A program made the position numbers and the translations under genes. This document shows positions 61,552 through 64,000 of a stretch of DNA of 64,000 nucleotides, piece after piece. Origin of the DNA: Candidatus Zambryskiibacteriota bacterium. GTDB lineage: Bacteria > Patescibacteriota > Minisyncoccia > Phycocordibacterales > WO2-35-19. Position 1 is the stretch's first letter, and every line of letters begins with the position of its first letter. Location: NCBI GenBank assembly GCA_048499675.1, contig JASNZL010000003.1, positions 16,241 through 80,240 on the forward strand, in the 5' to 3' direction. The notes beneath the pieces were generated by a model. The model ran no database searches. It was not told the DNA's origin and was given only the letters and a program-made list of their open reading frames with translations.

Positions 61552-62658
61552 ATGACAGATCAAAACAATAGAGAGAAAGAACCAAGAACTTTATTAGAAA
61601 TTAAAGAGGTTTCAGAAAAAAGAGTTGCCGTAATAACAAACGAGTTTAAAAACGGCTTCGAGTTCATTAAAAACTACCCAAGGTCCGTTACTTTTTTTGG
61701 TTCAGCTAGAACAAAAGAAGGAGACGAATCCTATGAAAAAGCCAGGAGAATAGCGGGGAGAATTGTAACAGAACTTAGATATTCGGTACTAACAGGAGGT
61801 GGTCCCGGAATAATGGAAGCAGGAAATAGAGGAGCCTTTGAAGCAGGCGGTAATTCACTTGGTCTTAATATTGAATTACCAAATGAACAAGTTTCAAATC
61901 CCTATCTAACACATTCAATTGATTTTCATTATTTTTTTAGTAGAAAGGTTTGTCTCTCATACTCCGCTGAAGCTTATCTATTTTTCCCAGGAGGGTTTGG
62001 AACGTTGGACGAATTTTTGGAAATACTCACGCTAGTTCAAACAAACAAAATCCCAAAGACACCAATCATACTTGTGGGTGAAGAGTATTGGAATCCCCTC
62101 GCAGACTACTTCCAAAGTATGCTTTTGCAAAAGAACTTAATTAGTAATGATGATATAAATTTATACACAATTACTAATAATGAAGATCTGATACTAGACA
62201 TTGTCAAAAATGCTCCTGTGAGAATTGGTCTTGGTTTTAATGATTCAAAAAATCATTCAACAAATGACCCCCAAAAAGAGTCTACAAAAAATAATATTGT
62301 AGAAGGTCCTCTTTCTACCTTATCACAAAAACACTGTGTACCTTGTGAAGGAAAAATCCCGGCTCTGTCAAAAGAAAAAACCAACGAATTCCTGAAGGAG
62401 ATAGATAACAATTGGGAAATAAATGAAGATAAAGAGATTTTCAAAACTTATGAATTTTTTGATTTTAAAGAAGCGATGAACTTTATGAATGCAATCGGTA
62501 TACTATCAGAAAAAGAAGGACATCATCCAGATTTGAAAATACACGATTACAAAAAAGTAACAGTCCGAATATCTACACACGCAATAAACGGACTTACCGA
62601 AAATGATTTTATTTTAGCATCTAAAATTGATGCGATTCTACGTGACCGACAGTTTTAG
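61552..62658 (+). CDS. LOG-family (TIGR00730-like) protein fused to pterin-4a-carbinolamine dehydratase
   Basis: FGSART, TGGGPGIMEA, FPGGFGTLDE; C-terminal CVPCEG..EGHHPDL..THAINGLTENDFILASKID. Confidence 0.88.
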   Translation: MTDQNNREKEPRTLLEIKEVSEKRVAVITNEFKNGFEFIKNYPRSVTFFGSARTKEGDESYEKARRIAGRIVTELRYSVLTGGGPGIMEAGNRGAFEAGGNSLGLNIELPNEQVSNPYLTHSIDFHYFFSRKVCLSYSAEAYLFFPGGFGTLDEFLEILTLVQTNKIPKTPIILVGEEYWNPLADYFQSMLLQKNLISNDDINLYTITNNEDLILDIVKNAPVRIGLGFNDSKNHSTNDPQKESTKNNIVEGPLSTLSQKHCVPCEGKIPALSKEKTNEFLKEIDNNWEINEDKEIFKTYEFFDFKEAMNFMNAIGILSEKEGHHPDLKIHDYKKVTVRISTHAINGLTENDFILASKIDAILRDRQF

Positions 62659-62820
62659 GTTTGGTTAAAATAAATTTCTACAAATAAAAACTATCTGCAC
62701 AGAATAGTGGGTTTGATGTTGTGACATAAACCTTAAATAAAAGGTTCAAATTCAATACTTTTTTATCCACACAAATGCTTGCAATTATTCTGTATTGTGG
62801 TATAATTAATTTAGAAAGGT

Positions 62821-63075
62821 ATGAGAATGGGCAAAAAACCCCCACTACCACTAGTGAGATTTGCTATGCTTATTGGTGATTCCGGTTCGCTCTCACGTAT
62901 GGGAACGGCCGGTACAATACGCAAAGAAGAACTCAAAGAACTCGACAAAAAGAGAAAAGCAAAAGAAGAAGAAAGAAGTCGAGCCAAGAAACTGGACAGA
63001 AAAACGTTTAAAAGACTTGCTGGCTCATGGAGCATGGCAAGACAAGCGAACGAACATATTTGTCCCATCGATTAA
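62821..63075 (+). CDS. Small basic orphan protein
   Basis: TTGCAA..TGGTATAAT promoter and GAAAGG upstream; Lys/Arg-rich. Confidence 0.45.
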   Translation: MRMGKKPPLPLVRFAMLIGDSGSLSRMGTAGTIRKEELKELDKKRKAKEEERSRAKKLDRKTFKRLAGSWSMARQANEHICPID

Positions 63076-63261
63076 GGAAAGACCAGAGCATACTTTCCTT
63101 TTTTGTTGTTAAAGGTGAGATATTATGGAAACTGAAGAACATTATCAAGACAGAAGAATTTGCTACTATAAATTAGTAGTATTTATAACCCGAACACATA
63201 CCACGATTTCCTCTCAAAAATAATTTTATATTCGCTTCAAAAATAGCAGATTAACAAGATA

Positions 63262-63486
63262 TTAGTGGTAATCGTTCTTCCTATATTTTATTGAATCAGC
63301 AATTCTTTTAGCTTCTTCAGGCTTAATCTGATTATTTTTAAGTAAGTAAATAAGCTGATTTAAGCTTGGTATTTCACTATCATTTGCACCCATTTGGTTC
63401 ACTTCTTGTTTAACTAATTCTATATGATCTACCGCCATTTTTACCTCTGGGCTAATTGTATTTTTTAAACGATTTATATTATCCAT
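63262..63486 (-). CDS. Hypothetical small protein
   Basis: Clean ORF downstream of the ATPase. Confidence 0.6.
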   Translation of the reverse strand: MDNINRLKNTISPEVKMAVDHIELVKQEVNQMGANDSEIPSLNQLIYLLKNNQIKPEEAKRIADSIKYRKNDYH

Positions 63487-63518
63487 ATTTATAATTTATA
63501 TCTCTTAAACTACGAAAA

Positions 63519-64000
63519 TCAAACCTTGAATTTCTCCATTATGATTTTTTCAACTTCTTCTTTTGGCTTTGCATATTTCATATACGACAACTCTTTTAGC
63601 AAATCTACTTTTTGATTGTCCCCTTGTGGAGGTGGTGGAACTTCTATATTGAATGGTTTTGCTGGTTTACCATTAACCAAAAGTCTTAAGTAAGCATTTC
63701 TGTTGTCTACATTCATCAAATCACTTGATGTAAAAGTTGGCGCAAAATGCTTTTCTAGATATTCACTATCTTCGGCACCAACTCTAAAAGCACAGAGAGA
63801 CCCAACGTTACCAAATACCGCATCTCTAATCCCCTCTTCTAGTTGTGCAATGAATTGATGTGCAATGGTTAGAGAAAGTTTATACTTGCGAGCTTCGGAA
63901 AGAATTGTAGAAATTGAATCTGTTGTAATATTTTGAAATTCGTCTATGTAGAGATAAAAAGGTGGTAAGTCTTTACCAAATGAATCCGTTCTAGAGAGAG
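63519..64000 (-). CDS. VirD4/TraD/HerA-like ATPase, C-terminal part (runs off right edge)
   Basis: LYIDEFQNITTDSISTILSEARKYKLSLTIAHQFIAQL..IRDAVFGNVGS. Confidence 0.88.
   Translation of the reverse strand, partial: LSRTDSFGKDLPPFYLYIDEFQNITTDSISTILSEARKYKLSLTIAHQFIAQLEEGIRDAVFGNVGSLCAFRVGAEDSEYLEKHFAPTFTSSDLMNVDNRNAYLRLLVNGKPAKPFNIEVPPPPQGDNQKVDLLKELSYMKYAKPKEEVEKIIMEKFKV

Overview
AT-rich bacterial window that looks like a Patescibacteria/CPR (Parcubacteria-type) chromosome. This is inferred from the compact rpsA, pth-lepB-degenerate hisS-rpsU-ybeY-ftsA-ftsZ block and core genes lacking Shine-Dalgarno (SD) sites. It carries housekeeping and repair genes (trxB, sppA, msrAB, htpX, dnaB, recR, rplU, rmuC, truB, uvrA, uvrB, tgt, FKBP), two tRNAs (Val-GAC, Ser-GGA), a decayed IS30 and a type I R-M defence island with AbiE and an ATPase nested inside it. 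The unusual layer is accessory. First, GC-richer self-contained cassettes (sigma70 promoter + SD + orphan ORF + GC hairpin) sit between core genes. These include three PEP-CTERM genes, two of which share an identical 131-bp sorting-signal/terminator tail, and a four-gene array punctuated by an identical 42-bp hairpin repeat. Second, several promoter-driven structured regions lack a convincing ORF (2008-2245 tandem motif, 48248-48580, 52550-52880). Third, the tRNA-Ser is nested inside a split tRNA-like gene. Fourth, families of 7-mer/9-mer repeats flank four-helix-bundle and GxxExxY genes, form a 221-bp dispersed element and appear in-frame inside core genes. All calls are by eye; no searches were run.
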